From Thecamonas trahens ATCC 50062 (lineage: Eukaryota; Protista; Apusomonadida): 64,000 bases of DNA. The position numbers and the translations under genes are program-made. The stretch lies in assembly GCF_000142905.1 (NCBI RefSeq), contig NW_013657654.1:62001-126000 (forward strand), in the 5' to 3' direction. Under the pieces are notes generated by a model. The model made no database searches. It saw only the letters and a list, made by a program, of their open reading frames with translations, and was not told the origin of the DNA. Positions 48,297-58,917 of this stretch are shown piece after piece. Position 1 is the first letter of the stretch; each line of letters begins with the position of its first letter.

Positions 48297-49930
48297 ATGC
48301 GGCGACAGGCATGGATCGTAGCCTCCTTTGTGGCCTTCCTCGCCTTGGGTCTCCCCGTGTGGTGGCAGACGACCACGGTGTACCGGGCGGACCTCCCAGC
48401 CATTCCCACCAGTCTGCGTCCACTGGACAGAGCCACCACCCCTACCTCTCCCCCTACCCATACCCATGCCCCTACCTCGCCACCTCCTCCGCTTCTTCCC
48501 CGCACTGCGTTCCGCTCACTCTCCGCCTCCGTCCACAAGGTGGTCAAGCCGCTGAGCTCTCCACTACCGCTCGCCTCGTCCATGCCCTCGTCGCCGCAGC
48601 AGAGGCCATCCCGGACAACCACTGGCGCAACGCGGTGGAGAACCTGTGTCTGGTCATGGTGGCTGCGGATGATGATCGGCTCGGAGCGGATGATGGTCGG
48701 CCCGAAGCGGATGATGGTCAGCCCGGAGCGGATGTGTCGGACTCCAGCATCACTGCGCCCAACGACATTGCGCTGGATGTGGTGATGGTTGATGGTGATG
48801 GCTCGGCCTCGGGTGCTCGGGTGGTCATGGATGGCGAGCGGTCCGGTCGGATCGAGGTCGTCGGTGACGGTAGTGCGGTCGAAGTGCTTGACGCTGTCTA
48901 CAACTGGGTCGATGGTGCGTGGGGTGGCGAGGCCAAAGTCCTCGGCGGTCTGCACGTGGCGGTCCAGCTCGAGCTGACGCTTTTGGTCGATCCGGCGCGC
49001 GGCAAGATGGCGTGGAATCCTGAGGATATGGCAGCGTGGCTGGCGCCATTTGTGGCCCGCCTTGCGCCTGTGCTCGAACTCTCGGTCGCCTCGCATGTGG
49101 TGTACGACGTCTCGCTCGGCGGCGCGGTGCCGACAGCTGTCAAGGGCGGTGGCTCGGTTGTCGACGCTGCACAGTTGAAACACTTTGTCAACGCGTCGTC
49201 GTGGACGCTGACTGAATCACCACGCGCCGAAGTCAACAAGACGCTGCGCTTGGTGTATTACATGCCATCGGACGAGCTCGCTCCGCTGCGCCTTCTGCAG
49301 GGCGGGCCCGGTAGCAAGACCGTGCCGGGCAACGCGTTTGTCATCCCGACCTGGGGTGCAATCACAGTTGTGGCGCCGGCCGACGGCACTTTTGACCTCG
49401 CGCCGTATCGCGGCACTACGCTCGCGCACCTTCGTCGCCTGCTGGGCCTGCGGAGCCCGGTGCGGGGGACAGTCGAGCCCGAGCTCGGCGCTGGTTTTGT
49501 CGAGCCTGTTGGCTCGCGCGGCGCTGCGCTGTGGGAGGTGGACGCGCTCGCTACCGCGCGTGTCGGGGCGCTCACCGCCGAAGCCGTTGACGCTGTCCGG
49601 CAGCTGACCGAGCTGGTCGACTCGATCCCTAACATGGTGGTGGAGGACCACATTGCGGCCGACGTGAGCGTGGCGCTCTCGCTCGCCGCCGATGCCCGCG
49701 CCGCTGCCGCCACCCACGGGCAACTGCTCGATGCTGTTCGCCTTGCCACCCGCGCCCACGTTCTTGCCGATCGCGCTCTCTTTGACCAGAGCATTGTCGG
49801 CCTGCTTTACTTTCCTGACGACCACAAGTACGCCATTTACACGCCGCTCTTTGTCCCGATCTCGCTCCCGGTCGTCATCGGAGTGCTGAAGGAGCTCAAG
49901 GCTTGCATCCGCGGCGATCCTGACGAGTAG
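48297..49930 (+). CDS. PIGS: GPI transamidase subunit PIG-S; frame break between ~48400 and ~48510
   Basis: GLPVWWQTTTVYRADLP at the N-terminus (ORF 48198 frame). NAFVIPTWG, LWEVDAL and LLYFPDDHKYAIYTPLFVPISLPV are in the ORF 48014 frame. Confidence 0.92.
48665..48734 (+). repeat. 21-bp coding tandem repeat, about 3.3 copies (ADDDRLG/ADDGRPE/ADDGQPG)
   Basis: GCGGATGATG.TC.GC.CG.A units seen directly. Confidence 0.75.
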
Positions 49931-49935
49931 GTCAG

Positions 49936-51213
49936 CTACAGGCCGTATCCGTGGCCCATACCATGCCCGTGTCCATGCCCGTGTCCGTGCCCATGCCCGT
50001 GCCCGTGCCCGTGCCCGTGCCCGTGCCCGTGCCCGTGTCCGTGGCTGTTGTCGACGGGCGGCGGCGGCGGTGGCGGCGCAGTTGTTGCCGAGAGGACAAA
50101 GCCCGCGACTGCATCAGCCAGAGCATCCGGAGCATCCTCACCCACAAAGTGCTTGGACGCCAGAGGCGGACTCACCACATGCCCGCCAGTCGAGGCGACG
50201 AGCGAGGCGATAAACTCGGCTTGGTGGCCCGGAATAACGTCGTCGTCGATGGGGACGTAGGCGACCGGGAACGCGCCTGAGGTCAGCGGGGCGGTGAGGA
50301 CCTGGGTGTGGTCAGCAGAGAGGTTAAAACCGTGCATGATGGCCAGGAACGGCTCCATCCCATTGTTGTATGCTAGCAGGTAGCCGTAAGCAGATGTGTC
50401 GGTCACGCTGATCGACGCCGCGCCGCGGAACTTAAACAGTGCGGCGTTGAGCCAGGTGAGCGGCGGGATCTGGGCGGTGAAGGTCCTGAAGAGGGCCCGC
50501 GCGACAACTGGGTTGCCTGCAAAGACGTTCATGGGAAAGGGCCGGGAGAACGGGCCCAGATCAAGGAGAGTGTTGAGGAGGGTGATCGATGCGACACGAT
50601 GCGGATAGCGAGCAGCAAGCTCGAGGCCGACCGGCCCGCCGACGTCATGCAGGACGAGATGAACCTTTTCGGCGTGGAGCGCGTCGATAGTGGCCATGAC
50701 GGCCTCGGCCAGGCCCGGCCAGGAGTAGTCAAAGCCGCTGGGATCCGGTTTGTCTGACAGGCCCAGGCCGGGCATGTCCGGGGCGACGACGCGGAAGGAG
50801 CGATGGCTGCCGGTGTTGAGAGCACGGGCCAGTGGCGGCAGAGCCTTGCGGAAAGAGAAGGACGAGGCAGGCACCCCATGCAGGACCAGCAGCGTCTCTT
50901 CGGCCCGGACCGGACCTGCGCTTGCCACAAACATCTCCATCCTCCTCTTTCCCATGCGGATCGGGACGAGAGCGCCCGACTCAAAGTGGTGCAGAACGGC
51001 AGCTGGCATGTCGTGGACGCCCGTCGCAGGATTCCGGGTCAGCACCAGCCACCCGCAGGCCAGCACCAGCGCCACCGCAAAGAGCACCTTGCCGCCCTCG
51101 CCTTCCTCGCCGCCTCCTCTCTCGGGCGCCCCACCTCTCGTGCCCGGTGGCGACTCGGTCTTGCCTTCCGTCTTGTCCTCCTCTCGCGGCGGCGTGGGCA
51201 TCTTGTCTGACAT
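49936..51213 (-). CDS. Membrane-anchored alpha/beta hydrolase (MEST / epoxide hydrolase / haloalkane dehalogenase type) with (His-Gly)n tail
   Basis: HGVP oxyanion motif, APDMPGLGLSDKP, HDVGG Asp nucleophile, KHFVGEDAP catalytic His; N-terminal TM. Confidence 0.85.
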   Translation of the reverse strand: MSDKMPTPPREEDKTEGKTESPPGTRGGAPERGGGEEGEGGKVLFAVALVLACGWLVLTRNPATGVHDMPAAVLHHFESGALVPIRMGKRRMEMFVASAGPVRAEETLLVLHGVPASSFSFRKALPPLARALNTGSHRSFRVVAPDMPGLGLSDKPDPSGFDYSWPGLAEAVMATIDALHAEKVHLVLHDVGGPVGLELAARYPHRVASITLLNTLLDLGPFSRPFPMNVFAGNPVVARALFRTFTAQIPPLTWLNAALFKFRGAASISVTDTSAYGYLLAYNNGMEPFLAIMHGFNLSADHTQVLTAPLTSGAFPVAYVPIDDDVIPGHQAEFIASLVASTGGHVVSPPLASKHFVGEDAPDALADAVAGFVLSATTAPPPPPPPVDNSHGHGHGHGHGHGHGHGHGHGHGHGHGHGMGHGYGL

Positions 51214-51561
51214 GGCGAGCGGTGGTGACAACCACAGCCCACATCCGTTGGGCAGGCTCGACGCACGTCATGCGTAAGAGCCGTATACAGGGAGCAGCGA
51301 GGTGAGGCTCGCTTGGAGACATGGCTGCTGTGGGAGCTTGACATCGACTCATGTGGTCGCCTTGGATGTGGATAGGCGTCCCAGATCAAAGGCGTCGGCC
51401 AAGATGCGATCGCCATCGGCATAGGTGGATAGCGGTCCAAGGACCATCGTGATCAGACCTCCCTTGGAAGCACTGACGAGCTAACAGCCCGCCCTTACAA
51501 ACCACAAAGTCTGCAGCAGGGCATGGCTTGCAGCAGAGCAGCTCCGGCGTGGCTCGATTAA

Positions 51562-52350
51562 CCCTAAACGGTACGGTCGTTCGGACGCGTTCTCGCGCTG
51601 ACTTCCAGGTCACTGGCCGACACTGCGCGACGCCGGCCTGGCCTGTGGCTTGAGGCGGGAGGCGCGCGCCCGATGCGTGGCTCACACCTGGGGCCTGCTG
51701 CCCGATGCTCGTCCCGGCGACGCCCATGTGTGCAAGATGGGCAACGATCTCGCTGTTGTGGCGTGGAAGGAGTCGATCGAGTGTCGTTTCCTGGCAACCT
51801 GCTCTCATCCTCCAGACTCAACGATGTCGTCGATGCTCGCCGAGACGACCGTGCGACGCTGGAGTCGGAGTGAGCGCCAACGCGTCGTCCGCCCCTGCCT
51901 TCTCATTGTCAGGGAGTGCAACGACCACATGGGCGGCGTCAACCTCAACTCGCGCCTGCGCGCCTCGCTCTCCACTGCGGCGCCGCGGATGCGCAAGTGG
52001 TGGCACGCCATCTCGTATTGGACTCTGGACGCCGCGCTCATCAACGCGTGCGCGCTCTACGCTGACGCGAGCCCATGCCCGGCCATGACTCGCGTGGCTT
52101 TTCTCTACGACATCATCGACGCCGTCGGCTCCGCACCGTCGCGCAAGCGGAAGCGTCCCTCTGCAGCGGCTGCTCGTCATCACCACTTTTCCCCAACAAG
52201 CAGCCGTGCGATGCGACTGCCTCGCCTGCCGGAAGCTTCATGACAAGCGATCGCGGACCTTTTGCGCCGCGCGCGGCGTCCATCTCTGCATCGCCGACTG
52301 TTTTCTGTTGCGGCCCACCAGTGGCCGCAGCAGCCATTACACATTGTAGC
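51562..52350 (+). mobile_element. Internally deleted piggyBac-family element, copy 1 (left end plus transposase C-terminal remnant)
   Basis: TTAA (51558-51561) followed by CCCTAAACGGTACGG. Remnant reads NDHMGGVN..RKWWHAISYWTLDAALINACALY. A frameshifted Cys-rich tail reads CLACRK..RTFCAARGVHLCIADCF. No right TIR found. Confidence 0.85.
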
Positions 52351-52360
52351 CGTGAGACGC

Positions 52361-52940
52361 AGCAAGAAGCAGCAAGCAACCGCGATACGTAGCAAGCAAC
52401 CACGATACACAGCAAGCAACCACGATACACAGCAAGCAACCACGATACACAGCAAGCAACCACGATACACAGCAAGCAACCACGATACACAGCAAGCAAC
52501 CACGATACACAGCAAACAACCACGATACACAGCAAACAACCACGATACACAGCAAGCAACCACGATACACAGCAAGCAACCACGATACACAGCAAGCAAC
52601 CACGATACACAGCAAGCAACCACGATACACAGCAAGCAACCACGATACACAGCAAGCAACCACGATACACAGCAAACAACCACGATACACAGCAAACAAC
52701 CACGATACACAGCAAACAACCACGATACACAGCAAGCAACCACGATACACAGCAAGCAACCACGATACACAGCAAGCAACCACGATACACAGCAAACAAC
52801 CACGATACGTAGCAAGCAACCACGATACACAGCAAGCAACCACGATACACAGCAAGCAACCACGATACACAGCAAGCAACCACGATACACAGCAAGCAAC
52901 CACGATACACAGCAAGCAACAGTGACATGTAGCAAACAAC
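52361..52940. repeat. 20-bp minisatellite (CACGATACACAGCAARCAAC), 27 full units in 52381-52920 plus degenerate flanks
   Basis: Head-to-tail units with no spacers; 6 units have A at the R position and 2 have GATACGT. Confidence 0.97.
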
Positions 52941-53116
52941 CGCAACCATGAAACCCTACATATATGTAGTCGCCAGGGGGATGTGGTGGGCTGTTTCAGA
53001 TCAGCAAGCGACCGCAATGTACCGCAGCAGCCAGAGCTGTTCTTTAAAGGCATACAAAAAGACTGTGACACATTTGTCGCAAAGATTGCAGTTGCGAGAC
53101 CAATTGTGTGTGAACC

Positions 53117-54382
53117 ATGGCTCTTCGTACCACTTTGCGCAAGGTAGGCCTTCCCTATGTCTTTACTCTCACCGTTGCCGCCATCCTCCCAGGCTTTCAG
53201 GCACTTCTGCCTGTGTTGCTAGCCATTGGCGCGGCATCGTCATCAGGCTCGCCGCAACTCCAGTTGGTGTGGGCGTCTACGGTTGGTCTCGCCTGTGTCA
53301 ACCTCGCTGCTTTCCCGGCCAACTATGCCATGGAGAAGTTCGGCCATTTCTCGGTCTTGGTGGCTGGTGTGATCTCGGCAGTGGCAGGTGTGGCGGCTAT
53401 GGCCTTTGGACCAATCTCGTGGCCTATCACTTGGTTCGTCGCATTTGCCCTGCAAGGCACATCGGTCGGCATGGTCTACATGGCCGTCATGCCGCTGGTC
53501 TACGCCTGCGAAAACCCTGACACGCTGGTTGCTATTTTCGTGGCCCTCCTCGACGGATCGGCCGGCGTCTACCTCGGCATCCACGGCCTGTACTCGCTCG
53601 GATACTCGTGGCACACCATCACCATCCCGTACGCAGCCTGTGCCTTTGTCCTCGGTGCCGCCTGTGTCTTCGCCTCGCGCTCGCAGTACCCCGAAGCGCC
53701 ACCCGCCGGCAAGCTCGCCCCGTACGCCACCTTGTTTCTCAACCGATCCACACCGCTGCTCCTCCTCTGGACAACGCTCTACGTCTCGTCCAAGTACTTT
53801 TACATGGCTACGTTCCACAAGCAGATGGAATGGATCGTAGGCTCAGGCCCCGGATCTGCCGACCATGTCGACACTCTCGTCCTTGTCTTCTCCATCGTCC
53901 TCCCCCTCGTCGTCGTATTTACCCTCGTCACTATTCCCATGTCTCAGCGACTGTCGCTGGGTGCCCAGATCGTTGTCCTCGGCTGTCTCACCTGCCTGCT
54001 TGCCTTCTCATCAGTCGCTACCTGGCTGCCCTGGGGCTTCCAGTTCTTGTCTATCTTCCTCCTCGCCTTCACCCGCTACCTCTTCTTCGCCATGCTTGTT
54101 CCTGTCTGCGCCGACATGTTTGGCGCAGGCAACATTGGTCGCGCCCTCGGCGTCATCGTCCCGCTCTGCGGTTTCTCGACGCTCATCGACCTCTTCTTCG
54201 AGTGGCTCGCCTTTGACGTCTTCGATGGCTCGTTCCTTGTCGTCAACGCGACCCTTATGGGGCTGACCGGCGTCGTCGGTATCATCTTTGGCTTCACCCG
54301 CATCAAGTCACCCGGCCTCATCGCAAGCCTTGTGCCTGATCCCGAAAAGTCTGCTCTCCTGGTGCAAAACAACGAGGTCTAG
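53117..54382 (+). CDS. MFS transporter (possibly SLC43/FMP42-like)
   Basis: About 12 hydrophobic helices; YAMEKFG loop motif; CADMFGAGNIGRALG. Confidence 0.75.
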   Translation: MALRTTLRKVGLPYVFTLTVAAILPGFQALLPVLLAIGAASSSGSPQLQLVWASTVGLACVNLAAFPANYAMEKFGHFSVLVAGVISAVAGVAAMAFGPISWPITWFVAFALQGTSVGMVYMAVMPLVYACENPDTLVAIFVALLDGSAGVYLGIHGLYSLGYSWHTITIPYAACAFVLGAACVFASRSQYPEAPPAGKLAPYATLFLNRSTPLLLLWTTLYVSSKYFYMATFHKQMEWIVGSGPGSADHVDTLVLVFSIVLPLVVVFTLVTIPMSQRLSLGAQIVVLGCLTCLLAFSSVATWLPWGFQFLSIFLLAFTRYLFFAMLVPVCADMFGAGNIGRALGVIVPLCGFSTLIDLFFEWLAFDVFDGSFLVVNATLMGLTGVVGIIFGFTRIKSPGLIASLVPDPEKSALLVQNNEV

Positions 54383-54622
54383 ATCGGGCTGTTCAGGCGC
54401 AGCGTAGTGCCGCTGCAACCGTAAACCGCGGCGATTCCCGTCGGTGTGTGACACGTTGTCGAGCCGAGCGATGGTGATCACAGATGTAGAACAGCTCGTG
54501 ATCATCACTTGCACCAGCGTTCCATCCTCACCTCACATCGCTCCCTGCCAGCCACCAAACCACATGATCAGTTCTGATCTAAACCCCCGAGGGCGATCGG
54601 CCATCCCCATCCGCGCATGATC

Positions 54623-54625
<3 letters not shown>

Positions 54626-54662
<37 letters not shown>
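54626..54662. repeat. (GT)n microsatellite
   Basis: About 18 GT units. Confidence 0.95.
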
Positions 54663-54663
<1 letters not shown>

Positions 54664-54914
54664 TGCGGGGGAAAAACAACACAAAAATTTCAAACCTTTT
54701 AGCGTTGGCGCGCCACTGGGCCACCAACCAACTGAGTCACGACCGATACGGGCAGGAGCAGCTAGAGGGCGCTCGGTCCCGCACACCTCACTCAGAACAC
54801 ATGCATCAGCGTAGGTACAAGGTGGTGCAGGCCAAGACCGACACGGGCCTGCGAAGCTCCCGGGCACGGCCTGCGCCAGCGCCGGCCAAGGCCGAGCTGC
54901 TGGCCTCCTCGGTC

Positions 54915-57659
54915 ATGTCTGACGACGAGAACGAGGCTGGCGGGCAAGTCGCCGGTCGTGCTCCTGTGGGGCGGGAGCGGCAAGTGCTGGGCGCGCGGAA
55001 CGGACGGAAGGAGAGCAACCGAGAGCAGAAGGTGACCAAGGCCCCGGGCGCGGCGGCAAGGTCGTCGGCGGATCTGCGCGGCCGGGTGGAGGACATGGAG
55101 GAGCTCGTGCTCTCGCTCAAGTCGCAGATCATTCGCTCGTCTGGCGAGATGGAGGCTGTCGATGAGCAGATTGGCACTATGGCCAAGGCCAAGTCCGAGC
55201 TGCGGCGGAGCCTGGTGGCCACGGCTACCGCCTCGCCGCGGAACTCGCCGTATCCGGCTGGCAAGTGCCCGACGTGCGCAGCGTCAAAGGCCGCAGCCAA
55301 CGTCGCCCGCGAGGAGGCTGCTGCTGCGCTGGATGCCGCCGAAATGGCCAAGGCTGAGCTGGCCGAGGTCAAGGCAGACTCGGCGGTTCCGTGCGATGCC
55401 TGCATTCGGCTGGAAGACGAGCTGGCAGATGCGGTGGCCAAGGCCGCGTCGGCAGCGGCCGCTGCCGCCGCCCAGAACCTCGAGATCGCCGAGTTGCGCG
55501 AAAAGGCAGCCGCCGAGTGCGAGGGCTGCATCGCCGTCACGGCACGACTGTCAGATGCTACCCAGGTTGCGCGGCTGGCTGAGGAGAAGCGCGACGGCGC
55601 GGTCAAGGCTGCCGCGGCTGCGACGACCGAGCGCGATGCCGCGCTTGCTGCACGCGACGAGCTGGCCTCCAAGCTGGCGACGTTTGAGGCAGCCCAGACT
55701 GACGCCTCAGCGGCGGTGACTGAGCTCACGACTCGGGTGGAGCTTGCTGAGGCCGAGCGCGATGCTGCGGTCTCGGCAGTGGCGGAGCTCACGGATGCAG
55801 TGGCGGAGGCAACCGCCCGCGCCGATGCAGCGGCTGCGGATGCTGAGGCTGCGGCTGCGGCGCGCGACGAGGCCTCGGCCGCTCACGATGGCCTTGTCGC
55901 CGAGTTGGAGATCACCTCCTGTGGCCGTGACGAGGCTATTGCCGCTCGTGACGAGCTGGCGGCGGAGCTTGCGCTCGCGGTCAGCGCTCGCGACGAGGCC
56001 AGCGAGGCTTGCACCAGCATCCAAACCGAGCTGACTCAGGTGATGGCAGCGCGCGATGCAGCTGCTGCGTCGGCGGCCGAGCTGAGCGCAACGCTTGAGA
56101 CCACGAGTGCTGAGCTGGACGATGCACGGTCGCAGCTAGAGGAGCTGCAGACCGAGGCCGAGACCGCAGCAGCTGAGGCCAAGGCGGCGGCGGCGGCGGA
56201 GGTCGAGAGCCTCAAGGCTGAGCACGCAACCGCTATCGGCGAGATGCAGACCATGTTTGCGCAGCTCGAGGACAACTGCTCGCAGCTTGCGGCAACGTGC
56301 GAGTCGCTGACATCGCAGCTTGACACGGCTGAGTCGGCCAACCTCGAGTTCGAGACTCGGGTGGCCGAGCTGGAGGCCGCCACCGAGGCAGCACGCAGCG
56401 AGACGACTGCAGCGCTCAAAGTGGGCGAAGAGCTGCGCACGGCGCTCGCGGCATCCAACGAGGCGCTGGAGGCCGAGCGTGTGTCACGAGAGAGCGCCGA
56501 TGCGCGAGCGGCCGAGCTGGAGGCCGAGCTGGAGGCTGTCAAGGCGGCGCGGCATGCGGACGAGATGCACCGGCGGGCGCTGCACGAGATGGTGCAGAAG
56601 CTCCGTGGCAACATCCGAGTCTTCTGCCGGGTCCGGCCGCTCCTTGGCTCCGAGGGCACTAACTCGGGCTCTGTCCCGTATGCCTTCCCCGGCGAGAACC
56701 CGGACTTTACCTCGTCGGTCCTTGTGACTGCACCGGGCAAGGGCTCGTCAACCCGCGAGCGCGAGTACGACTTTCCGTTTGACGCGGTCTTTGGCCCGAC
56801 CGCCACCCAGGCCGACGTCTACGGCCAGCTTGCGCCATGCGTCCAGTCGGCGCTCGATGGGTACAACGTGACTGTCTTTGCGTATGGGCAGACCGGCTCG
56901 GGCAAGACGTACACCATGGAGGGCTACCCCGAGTGCGGGGTAGAGGCCATTGGAATGATTCCGCGGGCGGTGGCTAACATCTTTGAGCGGGCGGCGGCGC
57001 AAGCCGAGCTGGGGTGGTCGTACACCTTTGAGGCCTCGTATCTGGAGATCTACAACGAGACGGTGCGCGATCTGCTTGCGCCCGACGCCGACGCAGCGGC
57101 CGTCGAGCTCGAGGTCCGGATGGACCGCGAGAGCGGCGAGACGTATGCGGCCGGGCTCACGTGGCGGCCGGTGGCCCAGGCCGCCGACGTCGACGCGGTG
57201 CTCGCGCTTGCGCGGACAAACCGCTCGGTCGGGGCGACGAACATGAACGCGCGCTCGTCTCGCTCGCACTCGGTTTTCACCCTCAAGATCTCGGGCGCGC
57301 ACGCCGAGAATGAGACTGCGTGGTCGGGCAAGCTCAACCTCGTCGATCTTGCCGGCTCGGAGCGACTCGCCAAGTCGCAGTCGTCGGGCGAGCGGCTCAA
57401 GGAGACCCAGGCTATCAACAAGTCGCTCTCTGCGCTCTCCAACTGCATTGCCGCCATCGGCAAGAAGGCCTCGCACATCCCGTACCGCAACTCGAAGCTG
57501 ACCTATCTCCTCAAGCCTGCGCTCGGCGGCGACTCTAAGGTCCTCATGTTTGCCAACGTCTCACCGGCGCCGTCCAACATGCAGGAGTCGCTCTGCACTC
57601 TCCGCTTTGCCACCAACGTCAACAACACCGTTGTCGGCGTTGCCCATCGCAACGCCTAA
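54915..57659 (+). CDS. Kinesin-14 (C-terminal motor, KIFC1/Kar3-like)
   Basis: Long Ala/Glu coiled coil, neck LRGNIRVFCRVRP, AYGQTGSGKT, NARSSRSH, LVDLAGSE, HIPYRNSKLT. Start assigned to ATG 54915. Confidence 0.95.
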   Translation: MSDDENEAGGQVAGRAPVGRERQVLGARNGRKESNREQKVTKAPGAAARSSADLRGRVEDMEELVLSLKSQIIRSSGEMEAVDEQIGTMAKAKSELRRSLVATATASPRNSPYPAGKCPTCAASKAAANVAREEAAAALDAAEMAKAELAEVKADSAVPCDACIRLEDELADAVAKAASAAAAAAAQNLEIAELREKAAAECEGCIAVTARLSDATQVARLAEEKRDGAVKAAAAATTERDAALAARDELASKLATFEAAQTDASAAVTELTTRVELAEAERDAAVSAVAELTDAVAEATARADAAAADAEAAAAARDEASAAHDGLVAELEITSCGRDEAIAARDELAAELALAVSARDEASEACTSIQTELTQVMAARDAAAASAAELSATLETTSAELDDARSQLEELQTEAETAAAEAKAAAAAEVESLKAEHATAIGEMQTMFAQLEDNCSQLAATCESLTSQLDTAESANLEFETRVAELEAATEAARSETTAALKVGEELRTALAASNEALEAERVSRESADARAAELEAELEAVKAARHADEMHRRALHEMVQKLRGNIRVFCRVRPLLGSEGTNSGSVPYAFPGENPDFTSSVLVTAPGKGSSTREREYDFPFDAVFGPTATQADVYGQLAPCVQSALDGYNVTVFAYGQTGSGKTYTMEGYPECGVEAIGMIPRAVANIFERAAAQAELGWSYTFEASYLEIYNETVRDLLAPDADAAAVELEVRMDRESGETYAAGLTWRPVAQAADVDAVLALARTNRSVGATNMNARSSRSHSVFTLKISGAHAENETAWSGKLNLVDLAGSERLAKSQSSGERLKETQAINKSLSALSNCIAAIGKKASHIPYRNSKLTYLLKPALGGDSKVLMFANVSPAPSNMQESLCTLRFATNVNNTVVGVAHRNA

Positions 57660-57804
57660 GCTGGCTGCCATGCAACTGTAACCTGTCGGAGTAACACGTC
57701 GATCCCACCAAACTACGGGCGCAGAGCGGGCGAGGCCTTTTTTAACCTGCTCCTGCTGTGGTGCTTGTGCGAGTTCACCTTCTCTGCGGCGTGCTGTGCA
57801 CTTC

Positions 57805-58917
57805 TCATTGCGCGTACGAGGCGTAGGCGTAGCGGTCGCGGCGATCCGTAAAGTCGGCCTGGTAGGTGGAGCGGAAGGCCTTGCGGGTGGCGGCGGAGCG
57901 GGCGGCAGTCGCGGAGCGGGCGGCGGAGCCCTGACCGCGGGTGGCGGCGGTGGCGTGGGTGTTGGCGTACGAGGCCGTGGTGGCCATAGCGCGCTGCATC
58001 GAGGTCTCGAGCGTGGCCTGCGGAGCCGAGGCGGCGATGGCATCGGCGTTGGCGACGTCGTGGACGCCCGAGACGAGCGCGGGCTGCGGGGCGGCGGCGC
58101 CGAGGCGGAACGAGGCGGCCTCGATGTCTGCGTCGAGGACGCCGACGGTCTTCTGGAGGTGGCGGACCTTGGCGAGGGCCTCGCCGCGAAGGCGGGTCTC
58201 CTCGGCGCGCCGGGCGCGGAGCGCGTTGAGCTGGCTGGCCACCGACGCCGACTCGGACTCGAGCGTGGCGAGCGCCTCGCCCGCCTCGCCGGTAAAGGCG
58301 GAGGCCTCTGCCAGCGACGCGTTGGTGGCCATCTTCTGGGCCTCGAGAGCCTCAAGCGAGGCAAGCACGTCGCCTTGCTCGGCAAGGACAGCACGCATGG
58401 CCTCGATGAGCGCGGCCTTCTCGGCGTCGAGGGCGGCGAGGCGGGCGCGGGCGGCGCGGATGCGATCGTCAACCGACGCGATCTCGTCCGACGCGCCCTC
58501 TGCAGCTGCTCGCGAGGTAGCGAGCGCCGTCGACGACGCAGCGTGCGCCTCGGCGAGCGCGTCGAGCGAGGCCTCCAATCCGGCCACAATGGGCGCTGAC
58601 GCAGCGAGCGACGCATTGAGGGCGTCGAACTGGGCTCGGGCCTCGGCGAGCTCGGTCTCGGCCTCGGCACGCGACCTCGTCTGGCTCCGGACCTGGGTCA
58701 GCGGCGCTGGCGGAGCCGTACTCGCTGTCTGCGTCGCCTTGAGTGCCGCCGACGAAGTCGTCAGCGCAGCGCTCGACGCCGGCCGGAACGCTGTTGCCGC
58801 CGTTGTCGCTGCCAGCGCCGACTGGAGGGTCGAGCCGGGCATGGGCACACCGGCAGTCTTGCGCAGCGGCGCCTCGATGATAATCCGCTGCCCGTTGGCC
58901 TCCACACGCACAGACAT
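57805..58917 (-). CDS. Ala-rich coiled-coil protein of unknown function
   Basis: 370-aa ATG ORF with coding-like codon usage and heptad pattern; ends with FRSTYQADF. Confidence 0.7.
   Translation of the reverse strand: MSVRVEANGQRIIIEAPLRKTAGVPMPGSTLQSALAATTAATAFRPASSAALTTSSAALKATQTASTAPPAPLTQVRSQTRSRAEAETELAEARAQFDALNASLAASAPIVAGLEASLDALAEAHAASSTALATSRAAAEGASDEIASVDDRIRAARARLAALDAEKAALIEAMRAVLAEQGDVLASLEALEAQKMATNASLAEASAFTGEAGEALATLESESASVASQLNALRARRAEETRLRGEALAKVRHLQKTVGVLDADIEAASFRLGAAAPQPALVSGVHDVANADAIAASAPQATLETSMQRAMATTASYANTHATAATRGQGSAARSATAARSAATRKAFRSTYQADFTDRRDRYAYASYAQ

Noticed and set aside
52381-52920. Interstitial telomeric repeat
   Set aside because: The unit has no TTAGGG-like G-run and ordinary genes lie on both sides.
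52361-52940. CRISPR-like array
   Set aside because: Units are head-to-tail with no unique spacers, no cas-like genes are present, and the context is eukaryotic.
53010-53050. Right TIR of piggyBac copy 1 near GTACCG...TTAA
   Set aside because: Spacing and sequence do not match the 15-bp TIR seen at the other three ends.
52113-53071. Cys-rich or His-rich ORFs over the 20-bp array
   Set aside because: They arise because the repeat unit is nearly stop-free in several frames; there is no independent coding evidence.
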